From positions 231 to 64,230 of the forward strand of contig CAZNKB010000001.1 in the NCBI GenBank assembly GCA_964573695.1: 64,000 bases of DNA, read 5' to 3'. This document shows, piece by piece, positions 48,997 to 60,050 of the stretch; position 1 is the stretch's first letter, and every line of letters starts with the position of its first letter. The DNA comes from an uncultured Gammaproteobacteria bacterium. GTDB lineage: Bacteria > Patescibacteriota > Microgenomatia > UBA10105 > UBA927. Under the pieces are notes generated by a model. The model was not told where the DNA came from, did not search any database, and saw only the letters and a program-made list of their open reading frames with translations. The translations under genes were made by a program, and so were the position numbers.

Positions 48997-50360
48997 TCCT
49001 TTCCGGTAATTTCCGTAGAAAATTGCAGTAGCTTATCTATAAGTTCTGCCTCTTTTTTTTCACCCTGACCAAACACTTCGCGGGTTTCCCGAGGATCTTC
49101 GGCGATATGATAAAGTTGCTTCGATTGATTTTCTTCGTCTGCAATAAGTTTCCACTTATCGAATGAGCGGATAGATTTTTTGAACGTGGCATATCGATAG
49201 TCGGTTTCTGCATACAGATCAAGATTTATGTCTCTTCCTGTAAGTACCGGCAACAAACTCACACCGTTTAGTTGACTGGCGAAATCCTTATCAGGAGCCT
49301 CCCCTACAAGATCGAATATGGTAGGCATAATGTCGATATTACGTACTTGTGAAGTGATTTTCTTGTTCCCGGCTTGCCCCGGAATCACCATAATAAGCGG
49401 GATATGGAGAACTTCGTCATACAGCGTCATACCATGGTCGATCCTGCCATGCTCATAAAACTCATCTCCGTGATTGGATGTAAATATTACGATTGTTTTT
49501 TCTGACAAGGAAAGGTCTTCTATTTGTTTGATTATCTGATAAATTGCCTCATCGGCACGAGCTACCTTTTCGTCGTATATACTCCGAAGGAATGCGACGT
49601 CTTGGGGAGTAAGATATATCCTCCCACCCATAACACCTTCCTCACGAAGAGACTTCTGCTCTTCAGTTGCGCCTGTCAGTGAACCTGTATAAGAAGCGCT
49701 TACATATCGACGGTCGTACCCTCCACTTGGCATATATTGGCCATGCACATCAAAGGCGTGGATAAATAGGAACATTTTTTCCTTACTATGCTTCTTGATA
49801 AATTCGAGAGCGTGCGGGATCACGAGTGGCAAACCGTCAAAGGAATCCCCGCTTATGTATTGGTCAAACCCGGTATCAAATCCATACGAAGCGGCAAGAG
49901 CGGCGCCCCCGGCAAATCCCCCAGTCACGTATCCCCGCGATTTTAAAAATGAAGCCATGGTTTTGATATTTGGAGCCGTTTCGGATAAGCGGGCAGGTAC
50001 CAACTTCTGTTGTTTGTCTGGAGAAATCAGTTCTTTATTGACAATATGGTGAACCGAAGGATACACGCCGGTCATGAGACTCATCGCCGACGGCAATGTC
50101 CAAGGCGCTACGGCAAATGCATCGGAAAAAAGGAAACCCTTGCGCGCAAGTGCATCTATATTCGGCGTTGTAGGCCTTGAGTTACCGTACGACGACAGCG
50201 CGTCTGCGCGAAGAGGATCAAGCGCTATCAGCACGACATTGCAATCTTTGCAGGAAACCGTTGGGGCGAGAGGTGCGTATCGCTTCATTCCCCATATAGC
50301 TGCTGCCGCTATCACTATACCGATAAGAATATATATCCTTACTGATTTCCCAAGGATCAT
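48993..50360 (-). CDS. Membrane-anchored sulfatase-like hydrolase/transferase (AlkP superfamily)
   Basis: NVVLIALDPLRAD, WTLPSAMSLMTG, SNHGDEF.EHG, DIMPT, DPRE. Confidence 0.88.
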   Translation of the reverse strand: MILGKSVRIYILIGIVIAAAAIWGMKRYAPLAPTVSCKDCNVVLIALDPLRADALSSYGNSRPTTPNIDALARKGFLFSDAFAVAPWTLPSAMSLMTGVYPSVHHIVNKELISPDKQQKLVPARLSETAPNIKTMASFLKSRGYVTGGFAGGAALAASYGFDTGFDQYISGDSFDGLPLVIPHALEFIKKHSKEKMFLFIHAFDVHGQYMPSGGYDRRYVSASYTGSLTGATEEQKSLREEGVMGGRIYLTPQDVAFLRSIYDEKVARADEAIYQIIKQIEDLSLSEKTIVIFTSNHGDEFYEHGRIDHGMTLYDEVLHIPLIMVIPGQAGNKKITSQVRNIDIMPTIFDLVGEAPDKDFASQLNGVSLLPVLTGRDINLDLYAETDYRYATFKKSIRSFDKWKLIADEENQSKQLYHIAEDPRETREVFGQGEKKEAELIDKLLQFSTEITGKE

Positions 50361-50378
50361 AATAATCAACTATAATAC

Positions 50379-50993
50379 ATGAGTCAGCATATGACCAGTA
50401 AACGAAACCTGCTTTTGATTTTTTTTGCCTCTTTCGCGGTCGTTTTGGCAATACTATGGCGGCAATCCCGGCCGGCAACGGTATGCGAAAGCCTTTCATG
50501 TATACGGATGAAAAATATTTCAGGCTTTCAGGAAAAGGATATTTACAGCAACACCGAACAAACCTATCGCGCTTTGTATACTCAAGCGAACCGCTTTATA
50601 CGCATAGAAGTGCAACATGCCACACCCGGATCCGCCCAAGAGGAATTGGATGCCGCGGTTACAAAAGTAAAAGCCATGTACGAAAAAGCGCCGGCGCCCT
50701 ACCCGGGAGAAATTTCCGATGCCATAGTCTGTGATCCACGGTTTATCCCGACGTACGAAGAAATTAATCAGGACTCCCGACGCACGGCACTATTTACAGG
50801 ATACCTCAACAATCGCATGACCTTTGGATCCTGCTCGCAAGATCAGGCGGTGTATCGTGGAATTCTTGCACTCACCTATTGTCCTAAGCGGTCATTATTG
50901 ATCCGTTTAGAGCTTATCGCCCCAACAGCGGATTTTGACTCCAACGAAAATGAGCTCATGGGTCAGATGCGTACGCTCGCGTGTGCCAAGTAA
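50379..50993 (+). CDS. Membrane-anchored Cys-containing hypothetical protein
   Basis: N-terminal TM, 6 Cys, PAPYPGEISDAIVC; TATAAT upstream; start 50379 or 50391. Confidence 0.7.
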   Translation: MSQHMTSKRNLLLIFFASFAVVLAILWRQSRPATVCESLSCIRMKNISGFQEKDIYSNTEQTYRALYTQANRFIRIEVQHATPGSAQEELDAAVTKVKAMYEKAPAPYPGEISDAIVCDPRFIPTYEEINQDSRRTALFTGYLNNRMTFGSCSQDQAVYRGILALTYCPKRSLLIRLELIAPTADFDSNENELMGQMRTLACAK

Positions 50994-50994
50994 C

Positions 50995-52989
50995 TCACCG
51001 TGTAAAAATCTCCAGCGCCTTCCCCTGAACAAAATCCGGCTGCTTTACTCCAAGCGCCTTCATGATTGTCGGATATTGTTGGATAAGGGAAAACGGCTTA
51101 TCACCCAGGAAATTATTCTTCTTCACCCCCGGCCCGGCCATGACAAACGGCGTCCACATACCAGGTACATCGGCAGCCTTTATCGCCTGTTTGTATCCTG
51201 ACACGTAAGGAGCAGCAAACGGAGCCAGGTCAGCTGTCATCTCTTCGTTCCAACCGTATCCCGGGGTATTTGCGATCACGAGGTCCCCGATTCTGTCCGG
51301 ATCGAGTTGCATATAGGATTTTGCATCTTCCCATTTTACAACCTCGACCACCGGCGCTACCCCATTTTCATCCTTTAGATCCTTAAGCGTCCTGGTGACT
51401 TCACTGCGAAGCGCTTCATAAGCAGGCCCTGAGGCGCGTACGTATTTACCGGCCAATCCATTGGGATTGATATACACGTGTGCCATTTTCAAATACATGA
51501 CCTTTGATTGCTTCCAGTCAATAATTGGCTCCCCGGTTTTGGCATCAATCGTAAATTTAAGCCAACCCTTTTTGGCAAATACGTTATTGAGATTCACGCT
51601 CCGATCAAGCGGAACCGCTCCGTGATCACTGCTTAAAACGATATAAGTATTATTATCAGCAACCTTCAATATCTCGCCGACCATGCCGTCCAATCGTTTG
51701 TACATATCCTGCACCTCTGTCCATAACTGTTCCCGCTCTTCCGGTGTTTTGGCGGCATAATTCACACTTTTAGGATCCACACCACTCATCCACCACTTGC
51801 TTGTCAGCATCTGATTGGGCGTATAAATATCATGAATGACCACGTCAGGCGAAAATTCTTTCACCATGGCACCCACGGCTTTGGTATGCCAGTCGAATGA
51901 AAGTTTTGCCTCGTCCATGAAAGCTTTTTTATCTTCAGGATAGTAAACAAGCTGCGCGGGGAAATTATCCGCAAAGTCCACCATTGGACCCACGGATTTT
52001 TCCAACGCGTCGGCAGCCGCTTCCGGGAAAGTAATATTTCTGTTTAACGCATCGTAGAGGATGCGTATCCTAAAGAAACCGTTATCTCCAAGCTTGATCA
52101 CTCCGGCCTTCATATGGGACGCCACATTGACGGAAGCGTCTGCCGTTTTCCAAACCAGAGTAATCGGCTGCCAGTCGGTCCAGTCGCCAACGGCGATATC
52201 CCCGAGTTTTGATTTTTTATCCAATGAAAACATAACGCGATCAGGAGTCTTTTTTTCGTCGTTGGTACTGTCATAAATATATGCAAAAACCGGCGTACCC
52301 CACCCGACCAGCTTGACTTCAAGCGCATCGGAAAAACTCATGGGAGGAGCCTCCCAACCCTCCGGCTTCACTCCGTCTAAGTATTGCGTAAGCTGCGGGC
52401 CGAAAAAAAACAGCTTCGTTCCGCGCCCTTGCATTTTCCGCCGTGTCAGATCGCCAAGCGTCTCGAAGTTAAGCGATGCAAAATCAGCTCCCCAGCCTCC
52501 CCAGCGCCCACGGATCACAACCCCTTTCTGTACTTCGGGGGGAGTAGAGCCGGGAACGGACAGAATCGCCACTTTCATACCTGCTTCTTCTAACGTTTTC
52601 CATATCGGAGCGACCTTTTTGGCAGTCGAACGGAAGCCCGGAACAGCAACTGCGTCAAGCGGCTTACCTACCTCACGCATGGGACCGTCATCGACTCCGT
52701 GCACCTCCGGCATGGAACCGGTAAGGAGTGTGGCAAAATTGGTCGGTGTATGACTTGGAAAATTCGGGTAAGAATACCCGTATGTTCCCCGATCCATAAG
52801 TTTTTTGATATTCGGCAATTTACCTTCTTTGGCCCAGGCGAAAATATTGAAAAGATCCGGTTCAGCACGCATACCGTCCGGGATAAACCAATAGAGTTTT
52901 ACATGTTGTCTGGCGGGGGCATTTCGCTTCGAGTAGACAAAACCTGCTGCAAACACGAGAACGAGAACGAGAAAAAATAATTTCTTCAT
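50995..52989 (-). CDS. Secreted alkaline-phosphatase-superfamily phosphodiesterase/nucleotide pyrophosphatase
   Basis: FIPDG, PSHTPTNFATLLTG (Thr nucleophile), SSDHG; start MKKLFF follows TTGACT-N17-TACGCT. Confidence 0.85.
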   Translation of the reverse strand: MKKLFFLVLVLVFAAGFVYSKRNAPARQHVKLYWFIPDGMRAEPDLFNIFAWAKEGKLPNIKKLMDRGTYGYSYPNFPSHTPTNFATLLTGSMPEVHGVDDGPMREVGKPLDAVAVPGFRSTAKKVAPIWKTLEEAGMKVAILSVPGSTPPEVQKGVVIRGRWGGWGADFASLNFETLGDLTRRKMQGRGTKLFFFGPQLTQYLDGVKPEGWEAPPMSFSDALEVKLVGWGTPVFAYIYDSTNDEKKTPDRVMFSLDKKSKLGDIAVGDWTDWQPITLVWKTADASVNVASHMKAGVIKLGDNGFFRIRILYDALNRNITFPEAAADALEKSVGPMVDFADNFPAQLVYYPEDKKAFMDEAKLSFDWHTKAVGAMVKEFSPDVVIHDIYTPNQMLTSKWWMSGVDPKSVNYAAKTPEEREQLWTEVQDMYKRLDGMVGEILKVADNNTYIVLSSDHGAVPLDRSVNLNNVFAKKGWLKFTIDAKTGEPIIDWKQSKVMYLKMAHVYINPNGLAGKYVRASGPAYEALRSEVTRTLKDLKDENGVAPVVEVVKWEDAKSYMQLDPDRIGDLVIANTPGYGWNEEMTADLAPFAAPYVSGYKQAIKAADVPGMWTPFVMAGPGVKKNNFLGDKPFSLIQQYPTIMKALGVKQPDFVQGKALEIFTR

Positions 52990-53031
52990 AAGGCAAAGCG
53001 TAGTACTTTTGTATGGGCGAGTCAAGAATAC

Positions 53032-53808
53032 TTACCGCAGTGGAAGCGGCGTGAGAATGAGAGGCGCTCCGTCGCAAACGGCGACCGACATCTCAAAAAC
53101 TGCAGACAACGAATGATCCTTTGTCGCTATCGACCAGCCGTCATCCAGATAGCACAATGTCGGACTCCCTTTCGTATAAATCACTTCGATCGCCACTGTC
53201 ATACCGGCCGTCAAACGTGGTGTTTTATCGATACTCCCCTTGAGAAATCCCGGAATCTGCGGCGGTTCGTGGAGGGTCGTTCCGATGCCGTGACCAACCA
53301 ATGATTTGGCTATTCCGTATCCCGCCCCTTCTACAATTTCCTGTATGGTTTTTGAGATAAGCCCCACTCGAACGCCGTTCGTAACCTTGGCTACCGCTTT
53401 TTGGAGAGCTGTCTGACCCGCGGCCAGGAACGTCACGACATCAGAAGGTATTTCGTAGGAACTATTGGAATCACAAATCACCTTGGTCCAGGCCGTATCC
53501 GAGTGATATGTTTTATTGATCAGTCCTATATCGATCGTCAGGAGATCCCCTTCCTTTAGTTTGTATCCGGTAGGAATTCCATGGACGATAACATCGTTTA
53601 CACAAAGACATGTTGCCCATTTGTAATCGGCGACTGTCGAAAACGACGGTTTCATTCCGGCTTCCTTTATGCGTTTTTGGGCAAGCGCTTCAATCTCCAG
53701 AAGGGTTACCCCGGGGACAGAAAAATCCAATACTTCGCGCAACACAGAAGCCAATACTTTTCCTCCTTCCGTCATCGCTGCAATTTTTTGGGTGTCTTTT
53801 TGGTTCAT
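53032..53808 (-). CDS. map: Methionine aminopeptidase type I
   Basis: VNDVIVHGIP, DIG, DTA, GHGIG..LHEPP, AIE. Confidence 0.96.
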   Translation of the reverse strand: MNQKDTQKIAAMTEGGKVLASVLREVLDFSVPGVTLLEIEALAQKRIKEAGMKPSFSTVADYKWATCLCVNDVIVHGIPTGYKLKEGDLLTIDIGLINKTYHSDTAWTKVICDSNSSYEIPSDVVTFLAAGQTALQKAVAKVTNGVRVGLISKTIQEIVEGAGYGIAKSLVGHGIGTTLHEPPQIPGFLKGSIDKTPRLTAGMTVAIEVIYTKGSPTLCYLDDGWSIATKDHSLSAVFEMSVAVCDGAPLILTPLPLR

Positions 53809-54494
53809 AGCAGATTTCGTTTTGTAAGCTCCGCGATAATTAATGCGACAACCTTCTCCTGGGTTATTCCGGTCGTGTCGAGTTCCCAGGCATCCGGTAA
53901 CTTTTGTAACGGATCTGCGACCCGTGAAGTATCCTGTTCATCCCGCCGCTTCGTATCCTCAATCATGTCCTCTAACCTCATATCCTTTCCTGCTTTCTTG
54001 TATTGCTCGAGGCGGCGCTTCGCCCGCTCATACGGGTCGGCCGTTAAATAAATCTTTATATCAGCATTCGGAAGCACTCGAAGCCCGATATCCCTACCTT
54101 CCATAACCACCGATTTTCCCTGCGCCAGCTCCTGCTGACGCTTTACCATATACTTCCTGACTTCCGGAATAACACCGACATCAGATGCCCCGATATCTAT
54201 ATCAGGGGTAAATAACAATCCGGTGACGTCTTCCCCGTTCACGAGGACACGGTATGGCCGGTTGTCCCCCCCAAGCGGGGGTACTAAATCTATAAGAGAA
54301 TCCGACAGCGAGGAAAGAACTGAGGCGGAATCTTTCGATGAGACGCCTTTTCGCTTACAAATAAGGGCGAGTGCCCGATACATGGCTCCTGTATAGATAA
54401 ATACGAGTCCCAATGCCTGTGCGAGTTTTGCGGAGATATCCGTTTTTCCGGAACCCACCGGACCGTCAATTGCTATTTGCAACCCCGATTTCAT
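53805..54494 (-). CDS. cmk: Cytidylate kinase
   Basis: IAIDGPVGSGK, TGAMYR, EGRDIG, RRDEQD..R..DPL. Confidence 0.95.
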   Translation of the reverse strand: MKSGLQIAIDGPVGSGKTDISAKLAQALGLVFIYTGAMYRALALICKRKGVSSKDSASVLSSLSDSLIDLVPPLGGDNRPYRVLVNGEDVTGLLFTPDIDIGASDVGVIPEVRKYMVKRQQELAQGKSVVMEGRDIGLRVLPNADIKIYLTADPYERAKRRLEQYKKAGKDMRLEDMIEDTKRRDEQDTSRVADPLQKLPDAWELDTTGITQEKVVALIIAELTKRNLL

Positions 54495-55042
54495 TCAACC
54501 CCTAACCCCTTCAATATCTGCTGCGTGACTTCTTCGATTGTCTTTTCACCGTCTACTTCGAGTAATCTGCTTTGTTTACGGTAATACTCAAGCACCGGCT
54601 CGGTCACGTCATGGAACAACTGGATACGTTTGCGTATAGCCTGCAGGGTGTTATCCTCACGTATACCGTCTTCAAATCTTCCGCTTAACCTCCATAGGGC
54701 TTCCTTATCCGTTACCTTAAGGTATATCACGCGCTCAACTCCGTTGGTAAAGTCCTCTGCCTGTTTCGAAGTCCTCGGAAATCCATCGAGAATATATCCA
54801 TTCTTGTATTCCGGTTTCGCCAAATATTCCTCGATAATCGGAATCGCTTTTTCATCCGGAATTAAATACCCCGCATTGAGCGTCTCCTTGACATACCTTC
54901 CCCACGATGTTTTCTCCTGGGACATCTGCCGAAAAATGTGTCCGCTGGAAAGATATGGGATATTGAGTCGCTCACTTAATATATTGCCCTGAGTTGATTT
55001 ACCAGAACCCTGAATTCCCACAAGAATAAGCTTCATAACCAC
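54491..55042 (-). CDS. adk: Adenylate kinase (short LID)
   Basis: GIQGSGKSTQ, LDGFPR, follows secY. Confidence 0.93.
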   Translation of the reverse strand: MVMKLILVGIQGSGKSTQGNILSERLNIPYLSSGHIFRQMSQEKTSWGRYVKETLNAGYLIPDEKAIPIIEEYLAKPEYKNGYILDGFPRTSKQAEDFTNGVERVIYLKVTDKEALWRLSGRFEDGIREDNTLQAIRKRIQLFHDVTEPVLEYYRKQSRLLEVDGEKTIEEVTQQILKGLGVE

Positions 55043-55071
55043 ATGAGTCCTTTCTTGTCCCGCTTGCGGGA

Positions 55072-56358
55072 CTATTCCATGAATCCTTCGTAATTACGCA
55101 TAACCAACTGTGCTTCCAGCGCTTTAACCGTTTCCAACACTACCGATACGACGATAAGCACTCCCGTGCCGCCGATAAGCAATGTCGAAAGCCCGGATAC
55201 ACCGCGCGCGAGAGACGGAAATACTGCCAAAATTCCCAAAAACAACGCGCCTGCAAGAGTGATACGCGTCAATATGTAGTTTAAGTAATTCGCCGTCGGG
55301 CTCCCCGGTCTGATCCCAGGGATAAATCCGCCGTATTTTTGGATTTCTCCGGCTATTTTTTGCGGGTTAAACGTAATAGCCGTATAAAAATAGGTAAATC
55401 CGATAACTAGGAAAAAATAAATCAAATTATACGAAAGGCCATTGGGATTAAATGCCGCTGTCAAAAATCTGCCGAGACCGGCCAGCGCGGGATTGGCAAG
55501 CTGCTGCAAAAATCCGCCCAAAAGCGACGGCAACAATACCAGCGAAACGGCGAAGATAATCGGAATAACTCCCGCCTGATTGACGCGCAGCGGCAGGTAT
55601 GACGTATTACCTCCGTACATTTTGTTCCCCCGAATACGCCGTGCATAATGCACAGGGATCCTCCGCACAGCTTCATTCATAAACACTGTGCCGGCAATTA
55701 CTACGAGGGCCACAAAACCAAACAACGCGACGTTCGTAAGTTGTTCCGGCTGAAATACGCTGGCCGTCTGAAACATAACTACAGGAAGCCGTCCGACTAT
55801 TCCGGCAAAAATAAGAAGTGAGATACCGTTACCGACGCCGTACTCAGTGATAAGCTCACCCAACCACATAACGAAAAGCGTCCCCGCAGTCATCGTCAAA
55901 ACGACGGCAACCAGCGTAAGCGGATCCATATTGCCGACAATCCCCTGATTCCTAAGCAACATGTACATACCAATAGACTGCATAGCTGCTAGCGGCACGG
56001 TAATAAACCGCGTGTATTGGTTAATTTTCTCTCGGCCGAACTCTCCTTCTTTCTGCAATTCTTCGAGCTTTGGGAATACTATCGTCAGGAGTTGTAAGAT
56101 GATCGACGCATTGATATACGGATTAAGTCCCAAAGCAAGGACTGAAAAATTGACAAGCGTTCCGCCCGAAAAAATATCCAAAAGTCCTAAAAATTGGTTC
56201 TGGGAAAAAAGTAACGCCAACTTCGTGCGGTCTATTCCGGGAATAGGTACGTGGGCGAAAACACGAAAAATGACAAAAATCAAAGCAGTAAGCAATATTT
56301 TACGCCGTAATTCAGGCGATTTCCAACTGTTGACCAGGGCAGTCAATATTGTATTCAT
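55072..56358 (-). CDS. secY: Preprotein translocase subunit SecY
   Basis: [29 protein letters not shown]; start MNTIL. Confidence 0.98.
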   Translation of the reverse strand: MNTILTALVNSWKSPELRRKILLTALIFVIFRVFAHVPIPGIDRTKLALLFSQNQFLGLLDIFSGGTLVNFSVLALGLNPYINASIILQLLTIVFPKLEELQKEGEFGREKINQYTRFITVPLAAMQSIGMYMLLRNQGIVGNMDPLTLVAVVLTMTAGTLFVMWLGELITEYGVGNGISLLIFAGIVGRLPVVMFQTASVFQPEQLTNVALFGFVALVVIAGTVFMNEAVRRIPVHYARRIRGNKMYGGNTSYLPLRVNQAGVIPIIFAVSLVLLPSLLGGFLQQLANPALAGLGRFLTAAFNPNGLSYNLIYFFLVIGFTYFYTAITFNPQKIAGEIQKYGGFIPGIRPGSPTANYLNYILTRITLAGALFLGILAVFPSLARGVSGLSTLLIGGTGVLIVVSVVLETVKALEAQLVMRNYEGFME

Positions 56359-56402
56359 GTTTTGATGATCCCGATGATATCGGCTCAACAATTTGGATTA
56401 TA

Positions 56403-56828
56403 TCAGGCGATGTTTCCACCTGCTTTTTCAATCGACTTGCGAGCACTTTCGGAACAGGGAACGGACACGTTAAGCGCGACAGACAGGACGCCACCGGAAA
56501 GTATCTTGACCTCCGCTACATTCTCGTTAACTATCTGTAGTTTTTTAAGAGATGCCAGGGTAACCGCGGATCCCGCCTCAAATACCGAAAGCATACCTGT
56601 CGTTATCGTGACTGGCTTAGATTGCCGTGACTTATTGCGCTGTTTGCCCCTCAAAAACGGCAACCGCTTCATGACGGACAACTGCCCTCCCTCAAAATGA
56701 GGAGGGATCGTGCCTCGGGCTTTTTGACCTTTCGTCCCGCGACCGGCAGTCTTGCCCCGACCGGATCCGTGACCACGTCCCAATCGTTTTTTGCTTCGTT
56801 CGACTGTTTTATGTAATGTATGTATCAT
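56403..56828 (-). CDS. rplO: 50S ribosomal protein L15
   Basis: GRGHGSGRGKTAGRG.KGQ, FEGGQ. Confidence 0.97.
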   Translation of the reverse strand: MIHTLHKTVERSKKRLGRGHGSGRGKTAGRGTKGQKARGTIPPHFEGGQLSVMKRLPFLRGKQRNKSRQSKPVTITTGMLSVFEAGSAVTLASLKKLQIVNENVAEVKILSGGVLSVALNVSVPCSESARKSIEKAGGNIA

Positions 56829-56843
56829 AATATATAGCGTAAT

Positions 56844-57326
56844 TTATGATTTTTTCTTCGCCTTGAGCTGCTTGAGCGCTTCCATAGTAGCATAGACATT
56901 GGATGCTTTGTTGCTTGTGCCCAATATCTTGGAAACAATATCGCGGATTCCCGCCGCTTCAACCACTGCGCGTACCGGACCTCCGGCTATGACTCCTGTT
57001 CCTGCCGGTGCCGGCTTTAACATGATCCTAGCGGCTCCGAGTTTTACAAAAACCACGTGTGGAATCGTTGTTTTGTTAAGTGGGATCGTAATAAGATGCT
57101 TCCGTGCATAAAGTACTGCCTTTTTGACGGCTGCAGACACATCGGGTGCCCCGCCTAAACCGGCGCCGACACGACCTTTTTTGTCGCCGACTACGACAAG
57201 CACGGAAAATCCGATTTTGTTGCCGCCTTTGGTTTTTTTGGAGACACGGTTCACCTGAACGACTTTTTCTTCAAACTCGCTCGGAATCCCCCGGTCAGGA
57301 CGTCTGTTGTTTCCGTAATTCATCAT
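56844..57326 (-). CDS. rpsE: 30S ribosomal protein S5
   Basis: [21 protein letters not shown]. Confidence 0.97.
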   Translation of the reverse strand: MMNYGNNRRPDRGIPSEFEEKVVQVNRVSKKTKGGNKIGFSVLVVVGDKKGRVGAGLGGAPDVSAAVKKAVLYARKHLITIPLNKTTIPHVVFVKLGAARIMLKPAPAGTGVIAGGPVRAVVEAAGIRDIVSKILGTSNKASNVYATMEALKQLKAKKKS

Positions 57327-57652
57327 ACTTCTAATCCTCCTTCTCGGACTGCATCAGCAAGAGCTTTCACTGCGCCATGATATCGGTAACCCGAGCGGTC
57401 AAATACAACTTTCGTAATTTTTTTGGCCTTTGCCATATCTGCAATTGTTTTCCCCAAAGACACTGCTGCACTGATATTCTTGCCTTTGATCCACGCGGAC
57501 ACTATCGTCACGGCTTTACCATCGTCAATAAGCTGTGCCACCATGCGCATATTCGAGCGGAATATGGCAAGTCTGGGTCGCTCTTGCGTTCCGCTTAGTT
57601 TGCGGCGGATCGACAATTTACGCTTGAGTCTCATTTCTTTTTTCGTTTTCAT
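57323..57652 (-). CDS. rplR: 50S ribosomal protein L18
   Basis: [20 protein letters not shown]. Confidence 0.97.
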   Translation of the reverse strand: MKTKKEMRLKRKLSIRRKLSGTQERPRLAIFRSNMRMVAQLIDDGKAVTIVSAWIKGKNISAAVSLGKTIADMAKAKKITKVVFDRSGYRYHGAVKALADAVREGGLEV

Positions 57653-57654
57653 AA

Positions 57655-58215
57655 TTATTTAGCTCCGGGAGCTCCTCCGACTGCTTTAGCTGACTTCCCT
57701 GCTTTTTTGCGGATATGTTCACCTGTGTATTTGATGCCTTTACCTTTGTATGGCTCAGGAGGCTTCACCCCTCTTACAGAGGCTGCCACTTGACCCACCA
57801 AATATTTGTCGATTCCCGTAACCATGATTTTTCCTTCCGTCACGGCAAACGTAATTCCCTGAGGAGGGGTTAACGTAACCGTATGGGAAAACCCGACGGA
57901 AAGCGCGAGGTCGGCACCGTTTAGTGCCGCGCGGTATCCTACCCCGGAAAGCTCCAGTTGCTTCGACCAACCCTTGGTCACGCCGGTTATGGAATTTTTC
58001 ATAAGGGCAACTACCGTACCGTGCTGAGCTTTGGTTTTTCGGTCATTTCGTGTTCTCGATGCGACGATCGTCCCACCCTCCTGTGCCACGGCGATACCGT
58101 CCGGGATAACAACGGTCAATTCCCCTTTTGATCCTTTAAACACCACGGATCGGGGGGTTACCGTAACCGTAACGTCTTTTGCAACTTCTACTGGTGTGTT
58201 TCCAATTCGTGACAT
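57655..58215 (-). CDS. rplF: 50S ribosomal protein L6
   Basis: [20 protein letters not shown]. Confidence 0.97.
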   Translation of the reverse strand: MSRIGNTPVEVAKDVTVTVTPRSVVFKGSKGELTVVIPDGIAVAQEGGTIVASRTRNDRKTKAQHGTVVALMKNSITGVTKGWSKQLELSGVGYRAALNGADLALSVGFSHTVTLTPPQGITFAVTEGKIMVTGIDKYLVGQVAASVRGVKPPEPYKGKGIKYTGEHIRKKAGKSAKAVGGAPGAK

Positions 58216-58226
58216 ACAAGCACTCC

Positions 58227-58622
58227 TTACCAAACTTCACACAATAATTCTCCGCCGACTCCTTGTTTTCTCGCTTCTTTACCACTCATTACCCCATTGG
58301 GAGTAGATATAATGGCAACCCCTTGCCCCCCCATAACCATAGGGATCTTCTTTTTGTTGATATACCACCGCAGTCCTGGCTTACTTACCCGCTTAACACC
58401 GGTTAACAATGGCTCTTTTCCTTCATACGTAAGTTCCAACCGAAGTAGGGCTCCATGAGCGCCCTTTGCCTCTTCCACATGAGAAAGATACCCCTCACGT
58501 GCCAATAGTTTGGCCACGGCAACCTTTAACTTGCTACTGGGCAATTCCACACTTTTCTTGTGCGCTAAAGCCGCATTTCTTATGCGGGTTAACATGTCTC
58601 CGATTGGATCGCTTATCATCAT
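58227..58622 (-). CDS. rpsH: 30S ribosomal protein S8
   Basis: DPIGDMLTRIRNA, SKPGLR, GGELL. Confidence 0.97.
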   Translation of the reverse strand: MMISDPIGDMLTRIRNAALAHKKSVELPSSKLKVAVAKLLAREGYLSHVEEAKGAHGALLRLELTYEGKEPLLTGVKRVSKPGLRWYINKKKIPMVMGGQGVAIISTPNGVMSGKEARKQGVGGELLCEVW

Positions 58623-58635
58623 AACGGTATCTCCT

Positions 58636-58821
58636 TTACCACGACGCTTTCACCACTCCCGGAAGTTCGCCTTTGTGGGCGAGCTTACGGAAACAGATAC
58701 GGCACAATTTAAACTTCCGCATATATGCCCGACTTCTTCCACAAAGCATACAGCGGTTTCTGTGTCTGACACTGAATTTTTGTTTGTGCTCGAATTTCAC
58801 AACATCTGATGTTTTTGCCAT
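58636..58821 (-). CDS. rpsN: 30S ribosomal protein S14 type Z
   Basis: MAKTS...RCMLCGR...LCRICFR...PGVVKASW. Confidence 0.97.
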   Translation of the reverse strand: MAKTSDVVKFEHKQKFSVRHRNRCMLCGRSRAYMRKFKLCRICFRKLAHKGELPGVVKASW

Positions 58822-58822
58822 A

Positions 58823-59371
58823 TTATTTCTCCTTTGCAAACGGCAGACCCAAAGCCGCCAGCAACGCTCGTCCGGCAGTGTCATTTCCTGCGCTCGTCAC
58901 AAATGTTATTTCAAACCCTCTCGCTTTGTCGATAAGACTATATTCTAACTCCGGAAATATCGACTGCTCGTTAAGCCCCAGCGTATAATTTCCCCTTCCG
59001 TCAAATCCACGGATAGGAATACCGCGAAAATCACGCACGCGGGGCAACGCGACCACCGTAAGACGGGTGACAAAATCATACATCCGTATTCCGCGAAGTG
59101 TAACACGTAATCCCACCGGATCTCCTGCGCGGAGCTTAAACGTCGATATCGCCTGCTTGGCTCTGGTAATATGCGGACGTTGTCCGGTAATAATCCCCAA
59201 CTGTTCGCGGGCCTTGTCAATTACCTTTTTGTCTTTTTGCGCTTCCGCTCCGATTCCACAGTTAATGACCACTTTGATAAGCTTGGGCACTGCCATGAGA
59301 TTCTTTATCCCCAACTCAGTCATGAGTTTGGAAATTAATTCTTTTTTATAGGTGTCTTGTAAGCCGTTCAT
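58823..59371 (-). CDS. rplE: 50S ribosomal protein L5
   Basis: [22 protein letters not shown]. Confidence 0.97.
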   Translation of the reverse strand: MNGLQDTYKKELISKLMTELGIKNLMAVPKLIKVVINCGIGAEAQKDKKVIDKAREQLGIITGQRPHITRAKQAISTFKLRAGDPVGLRVTLRGIRMYDFVTRLTVVALPRVRDFRGIPIRGFDGRGNYTLGLNEQSIFPELEYSLIDKARGFEITFVTSAGNDTAGRALLAALGLPFAKEK

Positions 59372-59673
59372 ATCTTTTTACCGCACTTTCTACAAATCCG
59401 CACTTTTTCATTTTTCGAAACCAATATACCGATGCGGGTAGGCTTTCCGCATGACGGACAAATCAAAGCCAATTTGGACACATTGATCGGCTTGACAATG
59501 TCGATGATCCCTCCGGGGTTTTTATCGTCTTTTCGCTTCATATGTCGCTTGGAGACATTCACTCCCGGGACAACCACCGTTACATCTTCAGGATTCACTT
59601 TTTCGATTTTTCCTTTGTGACCCTTATCTTTGCCGACCGTCACGATAATTGTGTCGCCTTTTTTGAATTTCAT
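59368..59673 (-). CDS. rplX: 50S ribosomal protein L24
   Basis: KKGD...GKDKG KOW motif, CxxC pairs. Confidence 0.96.
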   Translation of the reverse strand: MKFKKGDTIIVTVGKDKGHKGKIEKVNPEDVTVVVPGVNVSKRHMKRKDDKNPGGIIDIVKPINVSKLALICPSCGKPTRIGILVSKNEKVRICRKCGKKI

Positions 59674-59674
59674 A

Positions 59675-60049
59675 TTAATAAACCTCTACTGCCAAACTCG
59701 CGATTTTATCAAAGCCTTTTTCTTTCGTCTCACGGGCTACTGGTCCGAACACCCGAGTCCCTCTCGGATTCTGATCGGGGGTGTCATCAACGACCACTCC
59801 TGCATTGTCATCGAATCGTATGTATGAACCGTCTGCCCGATGATATTCTTTCCGAGTCCTTACGATGACCACGTGAACCAACTCATCGTCTTTCACTATC
59901 CCCAGCGGATCAGCTTTTTTTACGACGCACTGGACGACATCGCCTAGCGTCGCCGTCATTTTCTGCCCGCCTCCGTAGATGTGGATGACCACCATCTCCT
60001 GAGCGCCTGAATTATCGGCAACTGTAACTTTTGTACGTCGTTGTATCAT
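59675..60049 (-). CDS. rplN: 50S ribosomal protein L14
   Basis: VADNSGA, IRFDDNA, GTRVFGPV. Confidence 0.97.
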   Translation of the reverse strand: MIQRRTKVTVADNSGAQEMVVIHIYGGGQKMTATLGDVVQCVVKKADPLGIVKDDELVHVVIVRTRKEYHRADGSYIRFDDNAGVVVDDTPDQNPRGTRVFGPVARETKEKGFDKIASLAVEVY

Positions 60050-60050
60050 A

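Noticed and set aside
56829-56843. Missing rpmD (uL30) between rpsE and rplO
   Set aside because: Real, but an established CPR trait; used only as a taxonomic clue.
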